64,000 bases of DNA from Camelus dromedarius (taxonomy: Eukaryota), in NCBI RefSeq assembly GCF_036321535.1, contig NC_087472.1:97218001-97282000 (forward strand). Direction: 5' to 3'. Position 1 is the first letter of the stretch, and each line of letters opens with the position of its first letter. This document shows positions 12,437 to 25,999 of this stretch, in pieces. A program made the position numbers and the translations under genes. A model generated the notes under the pieces. The model worked only from the letters and a program-made list of their open reading frames with translations, had not been told where the DNA came from and did no database searches.

Positions 12437-13935
12437 GCATTTTTCTTCCCCGGTTGTTGGCGAACCATTGATTTTTACTGTTTTACCTCTATCAGCACCA
12501 GCCATTCATGCACCAAACCTTATATATTAGACCCTGAAGAAACATATATATATATTCTACCCTTAAACAACCTAGAGCCATAAAAACTCTTGGTTTTAAA
12601 ATGAAAGTGACCAGCTTTGGAATAAAAATTAAACTTAAACATTTGGATCTGGGTTCACATGCTTTACATAACTTAGATGAGGACGGATGCGAAATAATTG
12701 AGGATGAGTGGTTGAGTGCTGACAGATTTAATTAGAGTTATTTAAGAGGAATTTTCAAAGGATTGGGTGTTTAAAAAAACTATCTAGGTTGAGTTTTAAT
12801 GCTTATTGGTTCTTTATTTTTTAAGTTTATAAAAATAAGTAATTTTGCTGACTCATTTAGCTTTAGGTCATAATGTAGTTTGACAAAGCTAAAACTGCTT
12901 TAAGTTAATAAATAAACAAATTAATTAAAACAGTTTTTAATTGGCATGACCAATTAATACTTAAATTCTGTCTAAGAATCATAGGTAATAGCAATACTTG
13001 CTCAATTGCATGTTATGTGTGGGCTAGTTTGAAAACTAGAATTTGCCTTTGTAAGTTCACATGAGCATTGCTCTTTTTGATTCCTGTGTGAATGTAGTCA
13101 TAATCAGACATTGCATAGAGGCAGGAAAAAAAATTAAAATGCAAGGTGTTCCTGTTCGAACTCACATTCTGAAAGAAGAGAAACATAAATGAATTATTAA
13201 ATCCCTGAGGTCAAGATGGGGGTACTTTTTTCTTTTGTAGAATTGGAGGAAATGAACATTCCTACCATGACTCCTTATCCATAAATAATGGAAAGACGTT
13301 AGAAGGTTTATGCATTTTCCTGTTTCAGTTCAAATTAAGAGTTACGCCAACAACCTAGTTGGAAAAAAAGCTCTTTTAAAGTGAATTTAATTCTAATTTC
13401 AAATAGATTGACATGCAAACCTAACTTATTCATAGATTTCTGAAATGTGCTCAACAGAATCTTTAAATAGAGCTCTTATAATATGAAGGAATTTCACCAG
13501 TGATACAAAGTATAATTTAGGCTGAGATGACCTTAATACCACCAAGTTATAGTGTGATTCTACTGGAATTTTGGAGATCCTTGTAGAAGGAGTTGCTGGA
13601 AACCTGGCTTGGGACCCTCACTCAGTCTCCCAGCAAAGATTCTGCTGCTAATATGTTTCAGGTTCAAATTTTCCACTCCACTCTTTTCCCCCTATCAGCC
13701 CTTCAGTGAAGAAGCAGTTTTTGTGATAAGGTTTGGGAATTGGAGATGACCAACTCCCAAACTTTACAAATAACTGATATTATAAACCTTTTAATTTTGT
13801 CAAGTTGGAATTCTATGACTCTGAATTTTCCCCCAATCTAATTTCTAGGCAGACTCCTGTCCCTCAGAAAATTTGTTGGGTCCCAAATAACTATTTCTGA
13901 GAACCAGAGACAACTGGGATTAGCCTATTGCTTTT

Positions 13936-14514
13936 TAAAAAACTGTGATAAAATACACATAACATAAATATGAGCATTTAACTATTTTAAAGTATACAGT
14001 TCAGTGGCATTTAGTACATTCACAATGTTGTGCAACCATCACCTCTATCTAGTACCAATGCATTTTCATCATCCCAAAATGTGACCTCATACCTATTAAT
14101 CAATCACTCCCCATTCTCCCTCCCCCTAGCCCTTAGCATACACTCATCTGCTTCTGTCTTTATGGATTTACCTATTCTGGACATTTCATACAAGTGGAAG
14201 TGTGCAATATGTGACCTTTGTGTCTGGCTCTGTCATTTAGCATGTTTTTGAGATCCATCCATGTTGTAGTATGTGTCAATACTTCATCCTTTTTCATGTT
14301 TGAATAATAATGCACTGTATGTGTATATCACATTTTGTTTTCCATTTGTCCATTGATGGACATTTGGGTTGTTTCCACCTTTTAGCTATTGTGGATAGTG
14401 GTGCTATGAATATTCAAATATTTGAGTACTTCTTTTCAATTCTTTGAGGTATAAACCTAGAAGTGGAATTGCTGGGTTGTACGGTAATTCTGTGCTTAAC
14501 TTTTTGAGGAATCA
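13936..14514 (-). mobile_element. 5'-truncated L1MB-type LINE-1 3' end with TSD
   Basis: aagtatacagttcagtggcatttagtacattcacaatgttgtgcaaccatcacc...ggaattgctgggttgtacggtaattc; TSD agcctattgctttt (13922-13935) / agcctgttactttt (14515-14528), 12/14; TT|AAAA endonuclease site on the element strand. Confidence 0.9.
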
Positions 14515-14761
14515 AGCCTGTTACTTTTAACTTAGAGAGCAGTGATACAATAACTTTATTAATGATGCCTTGCCTGACAACACCTTAAAGTGCTCATAAT
14601 TATTGTTCTCTTCTGGCAGTAGAAAAATTAAATTTAAATAAGGAAGGCCTGAGTCACACAATGCAAACATTTTGTTCAACATTCACTGTAGTTATTGTAT
14701 ATGTGACAGCATAGCGGTAAGGAAGATGAAACAACCTTAATTTTGAGAATTGTTCCAACAT

Positions 14762-15400
14762 GTACCAGGCATTACATTTGACTGCTAACAACAGAGGCCT
14801 GAAATAACAGAGGTTTTTAATCTTTAAATGTAAGCCTTCTCAGGCTCAAAATTATTGACAGTTCGGGCCAGATGATTCTTTGTTGTGAGGGCTGTCCTGT
14901 GCACTATCGAGTGTTAAGCCTTAACCTTGAACTCTGCTTGCTAGATGCCAGTAACACCTGCCCCTTTCCCCTAGTTGCGGTAATTAAAACACTGTTAAGT
15001 GTTAGCAGACATTGCTAAATGTCTCCTGGGGGACAATGTAAATGAAGTCCAGGGCTGCTTTGGTGGCTCCACAATGTCACCGGTAACCAGTTTTTTTCTG
15101 TACCATCCTTAATGTGGTGCTTTCACCTCAGGGTCACCTCATAGTGGAAAGATGGCTGCTGAAGCTCCAGCCATAGGTTACAGGTGAGAAAAGGAGTTGT
15201 GTCAGGCCCCTGTAAAGAGATTTCCCAACAGCCCTGCTGAAAGACTTATATCTGCATCTCATTGGCCACCTTTATCTGCAATGGAAGTTTGAACAAATAT
15301 ATTATTGCTGGGGCTGAGCCTATTTCTACCTCCAATAAAATAATTCTTCTGTTACCAAGAAAAGGGGAAGAATGTATATTGCATAGCCAACTTACTGTCT
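14762..15400 (-). mobile_element. MLT1J/K-type MaLR LTR interrupted by MER20
   Basis: tgctaacaacagaggcctgaaataacag before MER20; aagatggctgctgaagctccagccat...tgcatctcattggcca...ctgttaccaagaaaaggggaagaatgtatattg after. Confidence 0.6.
14836..15038. mobile_element. MER20 hAT-Charlie element
   Basis: tattgacagttcgggccagatgattctttgttgtgagggctgtcctgtgcact...ctagatgccagtaacacc...cagacattgctaaatgtctcctgggggac. Confidence 0.85.
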
Positions 15401-16105
15401 CAATCAAAAAACAGCAAATTCATTTCTGATTGTTGAGACCATGGAAGAAGATCACATCCTGATGAGGAGTGGTGGCTTCTTCAAAGGGCAATTGATGTTC
15501 CCAGCGTCTGTTCCCCTGAAAAGAGGTTTATCCTTGGACAAGAAAGGAGGTGGGTTGTTGTCCTGTTATATAAAGAGCTTTAAATTGGCCTAGACCCTAA
15601 GGCATAAAGAGGGCAGGTGCAATTTCAGTGCTGTGAATCAGGTTCCCTTGAACATAGGGATATAGATGCAGGTTGGTCAGCCTTCTGCCTCCATTTGTCA
15701 CTGAAGGCAAAGGTAGAAGGAGCAGCAATATGCCCATGAGGATTTGGAAAGGCATAAAATTTGGAGCCTTCAACCTCAAGCATGTGCATCTGAACTCGAG
15801 TCCTACGAACAGTATCCCCAAACCTAAGGCTAGTGAGGAAGTTGGTGGCAATTACCCACATATGTAGCTGTATGGGGCAGAATGATATTCTCCCAAAGAT
15901 CATCAGAATCCAGGGTAGCCAGATGGCAAGGCCAGAGCAGAAGTAATGGAACGGCTCTTTCTAGAGGACTCTGTGTTCCAGAATACAAAGATTTCAGGGA
16001 CTCGAGGCAGAGTCGTAAGAGGCAGATCTGTGGCAAGTAAGGATTATATAACACTTGGAGTGTAAAGAGGGAGAGAGAGAACTTTGTTCTTACTGGTAAG
16101 GCTGG

Positions 16106-16549
16106 TGGTGTGGGTTGGAGTGTGTCCCCTCAAAAGACATGTTGAAGTCCCAGACTGTGTACCTGTGAATGTGACCTTATTGAAAAAGAGGTCCTTTGCA
16201 GATTTAATCAAGTTGAGATGAGGCCATTCTCAATTAGAGTGTGCCCTAATCCAGTATGACTTGCATCCTTGTAAGAAGAGCAGACACAAGGGAGAATGCC
16301 AGTGAAAACAATGCCAGAGACTGGAGTGGTTAATCTGTAAACCAAGAAACACTAAGGATAGACGGCAACCACCAGAAGCTGAGAGGACATGGACTAGACT
16401 GTCCCTCAGGTCCTCCAGAAGGGACCTACATTGACAGCACCTTGTTTTCAGACTCCTAAACTCTTGAACTACGGGAGAAAAAAATTTCTATTGTTTAAAG
16501 CTACCTAGTTCATGATACTTTGTAATGGCAGCCCTGGGAAACTAATACA
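16106..16549 (+). mobile_element. MLT1C-type MaLR solo LTR, complete
   Basis: TG...CA termini; tgtgtcccctcaaaagacatgttgaagtcc...gtgaatgtgaccttatt...tgtaatggcagccctgggaaactaataca; perfect 5-bp TSD gctgg at 16101-16105 and 16550-16554. Confidence 0.92.
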
Positions 16550-16762
16550 GCTGGGACCTAAGTCTGACACACGTAAAATACAAACTTGCACTGACTCAGA
16601 ATCTGTCTAGTCACATTTGTCTTTTATATGTTCTTTAATGAGAATTATTGTGATGGGTAATACAGATCCCATCTCATTAGCTTGGCCTTAGAATACCCTA
16701 AACTCTTTCTATTGTGGGGCTTCTAACAAATGCTTTTTTGATGATAACATTGATTGAATGAG

Positions 16763-16845
16763 CTCCTACCTCTGGGATTTTCCATGAGATGATGTATATG
16801 AAAGCACTTTATCAATGATAAAATTCCATACAATTGTTAGTTATG
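16763..16845 (+). mobile_element. MIR fragment
   Basis: cctacctctgggatt...atgagatgatgtatatgaaagcacttt. Confidence 0.5.
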
Positions 16846-17699
16846 ATCGTGTTGTCAGTATAGTTTTATAATTGTGTACCTGAAAAATAAGTGGTCAGAG
16901 GAGTGTCAACAAGTGTAATTAGATTTTTAGCCTGTGTGATTCCAGGGGCAAAGCAAATAATGGTGAGAAGTGAACATCTAAGCAAGTCCCCTTAAGAAAC
17001 AGTCAACCCTTAGAATTGCATCTTGTTATAAAATTTATCTGTAAAATAAAATGATCAGAAAAGCATCTGGAACAGGAAAGTGCCAAACAGAGCACACTGG
17101 AGCTTTGTTTTTCTGTGATGTTCAAACAGTCAAAGCCTGGCATTCTGCGTGCTTGACAGATGATTTCAGGGCCACCTTGGGCTACCAGCAATGCATGACT
17201 TGCCCTTTTCTGTGGTGGAGGAGCGCCAAGAAGGTGCTGCTTTCACCTCTTCCAGAAATAGTCTGGTAAGCAAAAACATGTTAAGGCAAAAGACTCATAA
17301 TCTAAGCATTAAGAGAATATTCTCCTTAACTGTGTTGTAAAGTAAAACTGAGGAAAACGGAGGATAAGCTCTAACTTCCCAAACTTAGGCTCAGACATTT
17401 ATGCCCTGAGCTATAAAGGCCATAGTGGCAAAGGCTGTAATAATATGGTCTAATGAGCTGGAAAAATGATGGCTTGGTGGTTGCAGGCAGAATAGAGTCA
17501 CGATGGAAGAGCTAATGACACAAAAATGGAGTGTTTTATTTTCTCTGGTTTGGTTGCTTCCTGGCGGCTGCCTAAATCCATCTTGACCTTTCTGGAGTCC
17601 TTTTTAAAAATCAAGAGAGCCTCTGCAAATTAATTATTAAATTCTCTAAGACGTAGACCATACATGTTGTTCCTCTTTTTAAAAAAAAACTATTAGTGA

Positions 17700-18230
17700 T
17701 ATAAGCATTTGTTATGCACCTATTACCGCTCACCATCCTGGCCCTCTCTTCTCTGAATGAGGTCTAATTGATCACATTACCCCCTTAAAATGCACTTCTG
17801 GTAATACTGTGTAAGTCTCCACGTTGGGATGATTCTCTTTTGTCCTGGATGCTAGATATTTGTTGGTGTAAGCTAATTTTGAATGTTAGCTGTTTTATAA
17901 ATTAGGTCACTCTTGAGTAATATGGAGCTTAAATTACAGTCAACTGAGACCTTCATGTATTTTGTATATGGGTTTCTATATTAAGTCTACTGAAATTGTG
18001 TGATTTATTTTTTATTCTAAGTTATATTCTACAATGTTAGTTTCAGCCCTGGTATTAAGCTTAATTGACTTCTCTAAGTTTCTGTTGTCAAAAACAGTTC
18101 TCCTTCTCAGCTGCACATAATCTTAAGCATTTTCTTTATTTTTAAAATTGATACTGATGAGAATTTTACAGAATTGGACGAAGAGTGATGTGGTCCAGGT
18201 GTAGAAATCTCCCTGTAGAGTGACAGCAAC
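17700..18230 (-). mobile_element. Possible L3/CR1 LINE remnant
   Basis: atatggagcttaaattacagtcaactgagaccttcatg and the downstream tctcagctgcacataatcttaagcat loosely resemble antisense CR1; highly degraded. Confidence 0.35.
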
Positions 18231-18358
18231 TCATTAACCTAGAATCTTACTATGAAGCAGAGATTTGATTTCATCTCCTATGTTATTATACAGTATTAAG
18301 TTTTCCCTTTTACTCAAAGGAATTTGATTCCAATCCAGAAAATATTTATTGACGAGAA

Positions 18359-18550
18359 CAGGAGTTGGCAAACTACTGCCAATTCAAGCTGTTTTTGAAA
18401 GTAAAGTGGGGTTGGAACACAGCCGGACTCATTTGTTTACACATTGTCTATAGCTGCTTTTGTGTGTTGCAATGACAGATTAAGTAGTATGGCCCCAAAA
18501 GTCTAAAATAGTTATTATTTGGCCTTTTACAGAAAAAACATTTGACCTTG
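18359..18550. mobile_element. MER58A hAT-Charlie element
   Basis: caggagttggcaaacta...ttggaacacagcc...cattgtctatagctgctttt...aaagtctaaaatagttattatttggccttttacagaaaaa. Confidence 0.85.
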
Positions 18551-18569
18551 GGAATAGAAGGACTTCACT

Positions 18570-20005
18570 CCGGTAATTGTCTTTCTTTCTGCGTAATCAG
18601 TTTCCCATCATTATCAATAGCATGTTATAGTATCTTCTGTTGTAAAACATAACAAAACATTAACACCTGTCTTAATTCCTCCCCTTCCATTTTTCTATTC
18701 CCCTTTACCAAAAACAAAAACGAAAACTTGAGTTTTCTCTACTTTCTATCTTTCCTTTCTCTTATCATTCTCACGTGACCATCTTTCAGTGTGGCATTCA
18801 TCCCTAATCACTCCTCTGAAATGACTTTGTTCACTTTCCCTGAGTGACTTTCACATTGCCAGCCTGAGAATTAAACATTCTCAGTTTTCATCTTACTTGA
18901 CCTGTCCTCTCCATTCAGATGCAGTGGAGTTTCTCTTTCTTAAATCATTTTCTCCCCTTGGCCTTCAGGACATGGTTCTCTCTCTCACGTGCCTTTATGT
19001 TCTTTTTCATCTTCCTACTTTTAAACATTGGCGTGCCCTAGGGCTCCATCGTTAGATCTCTTTTTTTCTCCATCTTCCCTCACTCCCTAGGTGCTCTTAA
19101 CACATTTCACAGTTTTAAAGACTGTTCCTATATTTGATGGCTCCCAAATTATATCTTTAGACTGCATCTCTAGACTGAACTCTAGTGCCAACCAGACATC
19201 CCTACTTGGATGACTAATAAGCATCTCAGACTTAGGTTATAAAATGAAGTCTTGATTACTCTTATGCAAACCAGCTCTTATTACAGTCATCTTCATTTTA
19301 GTAAATGTCAATCCCATGTGGTGTTCATTGTTCATATCAAGCATATAGGATTGATATCTCTGTTTCTCACACTCCGTATCAGTCCATCAGCAAGTCCATC
19401 TAGTTCTAACTTTCAAAATATGCTCCCAAATTAGACTATTTCTCATCTTCTCTGCTGATGCTGCACTAATCTAAACTACCATTATCTCACATTTGAATTA
19501 TTTCAAAAGTCTCCCAACTAGATTATCTGCTGGTACTCTTGACCCATGCCCTACCTCAGCCCTATAACCTTGTCTAAACATTATAGTCACATTGATAACA
19601 TTAAAGCGTAAATCAGGTCATGTCTGTTGTTCTTCACTCAGAACTCTCCTAATAGCATTCCCTTGTAGTCAGAATAAATTTTCAAATCCTCCTGTAGACC
19701 ACAAGTTCCTACCTGATCTAACCTTCTTTGCTTTCTGATATCATCTCTACTTTGTTCATTCCTCTGCATCCACACCACCCTCCTTTCTGGTCTGTGAACA
19801 CGCCCAGCATGTTCTAGCAGTTGTTGTGTTATTCTCTTTGCCTGAAACAATTTATTGCCGAATATTCACATGACTTTTATCCTCAACTCATTTAGATATT
19901 TTGCTCAAAACTCACCTTTGCAGGGAGGCTTCCCAGAGCACACCTCCACAACTCTCTATTCTCTTAGCCTGTTTTATTTCTACAGCTTGTGTTATTATGT
20001 GACAT
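18570..20005 (+). mobile_element. L2 LINE (about 1.4 kb, 3' part of the RT region)
   Basis: Pyrimidine-rich strand with L2 landmarks: tcatcttacttgacctgtc, cttggccttcaggaca, ctcactccctaggtg, ctacttggatgactaataagcatctcagac, aaatcaggtcatgtc, tcacctttgcagggaggcttccc. Confidence 0.85.
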
Positions 20006-20059
20006 AAGACAAATATAAACAAAAATAATTGTACAGTACATATATTCATACCAGACAGA

Positions 20060-21085
20060 GTTTGAAACAAAAAGGCTTAAGTGAAGAAAAACATTACATA
20101 AGCATGAAATGTTCAATTCATTTGGAATATATAATTAGCCTCAGTACATACAGTTAACAACGTGATCTCTATATGTGTAGAAATGCAATGAAAATTTCAC
20201 AAGTTGACAAATATAGCTCTCTTAGTAAGTGATAGATGAAACAGATTGTTAACAATAGAGACTTTTGAACATCATAGTAAACAGTCTTGATCTAATAGAC
20301 ATATGTAAAATCCTGTCCTCAAGAACTGCAAAATATAGTCCTGCAGAATACAATTTAAAGAAAATATGACTATCTAGTAATCCATAAAGCAAGCCTGACC
20401 ACAATGCCATTAAGTTAAGGATTAATAAAAAGATAATTTAAAAAACCTTACATTTCAGAAATATAAACATCCTTATGAATAATTAATGGATTAAGACTTA
20501 TGAATAAAACTTAAAAATACTTAGAAATAAAATACAAAAATTGAATACATCAAAACATATGAAATGCAGCTGAATAGATACTGAAAAGGAAATACACAGC
20601 CTTACTTATATTAGAAAAAGAAAGGCTGAGAATCAATGAGCTCGGCATCAAAAGACAATAGAAGATTTTAAAAAGAGAATAATCTTATAGAAGGTAGAAT
20701 GAAGGAAATAATACATGGATAATTGCATAATTTAATGAAAGCTAGAACAATAATATATTAGGGATGAAAAAAATCCAAAGTTAGTTCCTTGCAAAGATTA
20801 ATTGATACATAAATTTGAACTAAGTTTGACAAAAATAATAAACAAGAGAAGAACATAAATCCATCATATTAGGTATGAAAAAGAATACATAATTACCAAT
20901 AATACTAAGATTAAATAAAAGTACACTTGAACAATTTTGTCAATAAATTTGTATATTAGACAAAATGAACAAGTTAAAAGTTTTTCAAAACTGAGGGAGA
21001 AATAGAAACTTGACTAGACTTGTCAATATTAAAGAAATTTTAGCAGTGGACAGAAATAGACATGCTTAGGCTGGTTTTACAAATA
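20060..21085 (+). mobile_element. Old L1M ORF2 fragment (endonuclease end and downstream), degraded
   Basis: A-rich; cttgatctaatagacatatgtaaaatcctg, ctgaccacaatgccattaagtta, aaatacttagaa, aatgcagctgaa, atcaatgagctc, ttagacaaaatgaacaa in L1 ORF2 order. Confidence 0.75.
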
Positions 21086-21400
21086 CAAATACTGTCTTAA
21101 AAGGAAGTTCTGATGGCTCTTTTTAAATACCATATGCACAGAGGTTATAAAGACCAAAAGTAGGATCTCTTGGAATGTAGAAAATGTCCAGTTTTGAACT
21201 GAACATGAAGTGGGAATCTAGGCTCTTTTCCTCCTGGTATTGGCCTCAACTATTCCATACAATTTTTGTCACATTTCCTTATATCATATGATCCTTAAAC
21301 TTTTTGGAAGATGTAACAAAAATACATAGTTTCATTTTTGTATATCCTTTAATACATTTCCCAAAAGAACTCTATATGGGTGTGTGATTGTATTGTCTGT

Positions 21401-21402
<2 letters not shown>

Positions 21403-21440
<38 letters not shown>
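21403..21440. repeat. (TG)19 microsatellite
   Basis: Perfect TG run read directly. Confidence 0.97.
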
Positions 21441-21445
<5 letters not shown>

Positions 21446-22457
21446 TTACACGTGCTTCTTTGTGAAACAAACATTTTTAACATGCTAAATTGAGTTGCTA
21501 TCCATTATCTAATTTTATATGCTATTCTCTTTCTTGGAAAAAAAATCCAGTTACCTTACCAAGTGCTGAGTTTTAAAATAGAGCAGAAAATCTGACAATT
21601 GGAAAGGAAGACCTGCTGTTGTTTGATCAAAGTAACTTCTCATCTCAGCACAAAATAGAGTGATTTGAAGTTTGTGTGTTTCTTACCTAGACATTTCATA
21701 GAAAAATAGAATATAAAATAATTAGTTATATTGTAATAATAATAATAATCCCATAAAACTTAAGATGAAAAATAATAGAATTGTAACCTAGAAAGTTGAA
21801 GAGATAAATTCCATTTCATTATACATTTAAAATTTTCAGGTCAATATTCACAGCTATTGGATGTTGAGGAGGAAGTGCTAAACCCTGTCCCTTTTCCTCT
21901 TGGGGTTTTGTTGGTCAGAACAGTCATAATGGCATTCAGCTGCTGATGTGTGTTGGCAAATGTAGTTTGAACCTAAAGTTTAATGGTTACTCCTACTTCT
22001 GCCCTGAATTTAGACTTGCCTGTAAAAAGACCTAGATCTGTAGGGCAGTTGTAGAGGCCATTGGGAAGGACCACAGACCTGCTCCACACACCATAACCAG
22101 CAGGATACTGAGTGACAATGGGTGGACCCCTTCCCTTACCCACAAACACAGAATGATCTGTCATAAAGAGTTAGAGAACAGAAAAGAAGGAGAGCTTGTT
22201 CCACTTGAGAGGAAGTTAGAGCAACAGCACAGACCAGCCACCTTTAACTTTATTATTCCTGTTGCCAGAAAATAGAGCCCAACAAATGTCAAGCTTTTAC
22301 CAATCAGGGTAGCTGTGCCATTGGGAAGGAATGAATAATGGATAAAAAGAAGGGTGGTAGTTTCCTCTGTGAGGACTTTGCAAAAGTGAGAAATTCTGGG
22401 CAGAAGCTCTTTTCTGAACAAGAATATTGGATTCTTCCTATGCCAGTCTTTCTCCTA

Positions 22458-22926
22458 TGCATTAATTAGCTTTTGCTGTGTAACAAAACACCCCCAAACT
22501 TAGGCACTTAAAGCAACAACCATTTATTTAGTTGATGATTTTGTCAGCAACTTGGGCTAGTCTCATCTGAATTTTCTCATGTGTCTGTGGTTAGCTGTTT
22601 TGGGTCAGCTGGGTGACTGCTGGCTGGTCTGGGATGACATCAGCTAGAACAGCTTGTCTCTGTCCATGAGGTCACCCATCCCCCATCAGGATAGCCCAGG
22701 CTTGCTCAAATGGTGACTGCTTTCAAGAGAGCAAGGCTCAGGCTCAGAACTGGCACAATGTCACTTTTGCCACTTTCTTTGCCAAGTCACAGGGGCAGCT
22801 CAGATTCAATGGATAGGGAAATAGACAACACCTCTGGATTGGAGGAGCTTCCAAACCACATTGCAAACTGTGGGAATAGAGTAAAAGACAGACATTTGGG
22901 GCCATTTCTACAAGTAATCTACCACT
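22458..22926 (-). mobile_element. MLT1G/H-type MaLR LTR
   Basis: tagcttttgctgtgtaacaaaacacccccaaacttag..cttaaagcaacaaccatttattta...cagaactggcacaatgtcactt...gccaagtcacaggggcagctcagattcaa...aatctaccac. Confidence 0.8.
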
Positions 22927-23001
22927 CTCAAACAGCTTCACTCATACCAGGTGGAGTATGCTACTATCCTAAAACTACTTATATATTATTTTTATCAAAG
23001 T

Positions 23002-23105
23002 CAACTATATAAGCATTTATTGAGTGGCCAGTGTATGTTTAGGACTGTATTAGGAGCTCCAGATAATCCCAAAGGCAGATATATAATGGTCCTTGCCCTT
23101 GTAGA
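23002..23105 (-). mobile_element. L2 3' terminus
   Basis: aagcatttattgagtggcc...aggactgtattaggagct...atggtccttgccct. Confidence 0.6.
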
Positions 23106-23864
23106 TGACATTTCTAACCCTACTATAAAATGGAAACATTTTATTTCTCAGAGTTGTCCGTAAACAAATCTGAAAATAGGTGTCAATCTTCTGGAGGTCT
23201 TAGAGGTATATAATTTCAATCAGCTAGTCTATCCTTCACCCTGGGTCACATCCTGTCGGGTAAAGTACAAGCGATTCTAAATAAACATTATGATATGAGG
23301 AAAACACACCACTTAAAAACCAGTAGAAAATTCAGTAGCCTTGGAGATTCTCAAATGTACCATTTAGCCATAGAGAGAGCAATGGTATAATGGCAAAGAG
23401 AAACAAAGCTTTGGTAGTGAATTACCATTTTTCTACTGCATATGGCATTTGTTCACTGTAAACAACAGAAGAAACAAAAATCATTCATTCTCATTGTGTT
23501 AGATATTTTGGAACAGAAGACAGTAACTCAATTATTTCAAGCATTTTGAATTCAGTCTGCCTTTGAAATAGGGCAACCCTTTCATTGTGTAATTGAAACC
23601 GCTTTATCCCACCACTTGTTTTTAATGACAGCAGTAAAATATTGTGCGAGATTATAAATCTTTCTTGAGAGCCTTATAGACTATGCCCCAGGCTTTCAGA
23701 AAGGGCATAACCTTGTTCTTGTGGGGGCAAGTAAACACAATTTAACATAAAAATTAAACAAGGAACCCACTATCAGACTGTATGAAAAGTAAGAATATGT
23801 AACATTTTAAAAGGCCAATATGAAACTAAATATTTCAATATGGAAGAAAATCTGTGATGTTCTG

Positions 23865-24075
23865 TAAACAACCCTGGGTTTGGAGTTAGGAGACCTCAAT
23901 TCTTATCCGGATTCCATCACTAACTTATTGTGTGAGCTTTAGGTAAACCATATGGCCTCTCGAGGTACCATTTGAATCCATCTGTCTAGTGGAGGTTATA
24001 ACTCCAGCCTTATTCCCTCACTAGAGAATTGTGACACTCAAACAAGCAATTGTGGAGGGACTTTGAATTGTATTA
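23865..24075 (+). mobile_element. MIR SINE
   Basis: ctgggtttggagttaggagacct...catcactaacttattgtgtgagctttaggtaaacca..cctctc...catctgt. Confidence 0.7.
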
Positions 24076-24509
24076 TACAGCATGCACATATATGGCCTAA
24101 TTACAGGTGGAATTTCCAGGCAAATTTTACTTGCAAATTTTTCTTCCAAATATAAACTTAAAATGGAGATAAAGTTTCAGTTTGATTAAAAAGGAAGTCA
24201 AGCTAAACTTAAGTAATACAAACTTTGAAAATTGTAGTTGGTCTTCATTTGGAATTTTTGTAGTGAAGTTTAAAAAGAACTATCATTGCATTGCAAAACT
24301 GTGCTTCTTTAAAACATTTTTTGAGAGGGGAAAAATACACAATTTTTTATTGTATTCTGCCCAGTGGATTGTTAAGCCACCCCCTCCTTGGATCTTGAAT
24401 TTGGGATGATTTGTAAGTAGGTCATGAATTCTTTTCTGTTCCAGCAATCTGCCTTCCTGGAGAGGAAAGGAAAAAAGAGCTCCCCTTTTTCTTTATTCTG
24501 CATTTTCAT

Positions 24510-25370
24510 ACCCCAGACTTCTTGTAAGACATTTGCACATGGCTACCAGCTCAAAAAAACATGAATTCATTTACCTTCTTCCTGAAAATGAACTCTTTTC
24601 TAAATTATTTATTTATGAAAATGCTACCAACATTCTAGGACTCAAGGCTCAAAATCTTAGGCTCACCTTTGATTCCTCAAGCCTTACCAGGTCCTATTAT
24701 ACCATCTCTCTTCCTTGTCACAACATTAGGTCCTGTTTATGTTATTTTTAAAAAACTTTATCAAATGTATTTCTCCATATCTCATAAACCTCCTTGCCCC
24801 TAGCAGAGTTAGCACATATCCAGCACAGAATAGTGCCTTCCTCATTAGCCCATATCAAACATTCCTAACTGATCAGGAAGAAATTTCTTACTGATACTGA
24901 ATTATAACTTGAGAATCTTTCTCAGCCTAGTTGAAAGGTAGGACCCCCCCCCCCCAAAGCATTTGGCATTTAAATGGGAAATGATACCTATGTCACACTG
25001 GTTCTGCATGACAAAGTTCAGTACCCTTGGGCTGACATTGAGGGTTCTCTGTAATTAAGTTCTAACCTACATTTTCAGAATTAACTCTACTGCTTCTTAA
25101 TAAAAATGTTCACTCCAGTGAGACTCAATCTATTTAATATATTTACTTTCCTGATTCTGAACTTGACTCATACACTTTCTCCACAATTCCTCTTCAGGTC
25201 ACCAAAACTTGACCAGCTCCATCTTATCCTTTTAATGAAACTCTCCTGGGAATTTCTTCCCAATCTCATTCCTACAGTCCTTACTATCAGGAGTGTTGTA
25301 CACGTGTACTGCTTTGATCTCTTAACTTTTCATATGTATATCTTATTTTCCTAAGTAGTATTTAAGTGGC
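24510..25370 (+). mobile_element. Degraded L2 fragments
   Basis: atgctaccaacatt...caaggctcaaaatcttaggctcacctttgattcctc and later L2-like pyrimidine-rich tracts. Confidence 0.45.
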
Positions 25371-25599
25371 CACTGTAGACCAATTGAAGTAATAACTTCA
25401 AAACTTCTGAGGCTAAACTCAATAAAAGTGAATTTCTTGTTCAAGTTACAGTCCAGCAAAGGAAGAAAGATGGTTCTTATATTTTCTATGCATTTAGTGA
25501 TTTGGAAGGTACACATATTTTGATTATACTATTGGTTAACATTAAAGAATTGTTCTGGTAAGATCGGCATTAAAATGCAAAAGATGTATATGCTTATAT

Positions 25600-25990
25600 A
25601 AATATATTTTTTTAATTATGTAAGTTTAAATTGTTGGAAAAAGAAGACTTTCCTCCCTCCCCAATCCTGATCCTCAGCTGTAACCATTAACAATTTATAC
25701 GCCTTTAGAATTTTTTCAGCATTTATACAAATGTGTGTATAGTTTTATGTCTAGAGAGATGATTTACTTTTAATAGGGTTATATAGCATACATAATTTCA
25801 GTTTGTTTTTCTCGTTGTAAGTGTTCAATCTATACATTGTTGGCATTTTTACATATAGAGCAACTTCATTGTTTTAAAAAGCTACATAGTAGTCCATCAT
25901 AGATACGTTTTAATTGACTTACTCTGTATCTTATTGATGGGAATTTGGATCAGAGTTGACTTTTTAAATAAATGATGTTAAGACAATATG
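25600..25990 (-). mobile_element. Old L1ME-type 3' fragment
   Basis: gtaaccattaacaattt...aagctacatagtagtccat...ttattgatgggaatttgg. Confidence 0.5.
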
Positions 25991-25999
25991 CTACAAATT

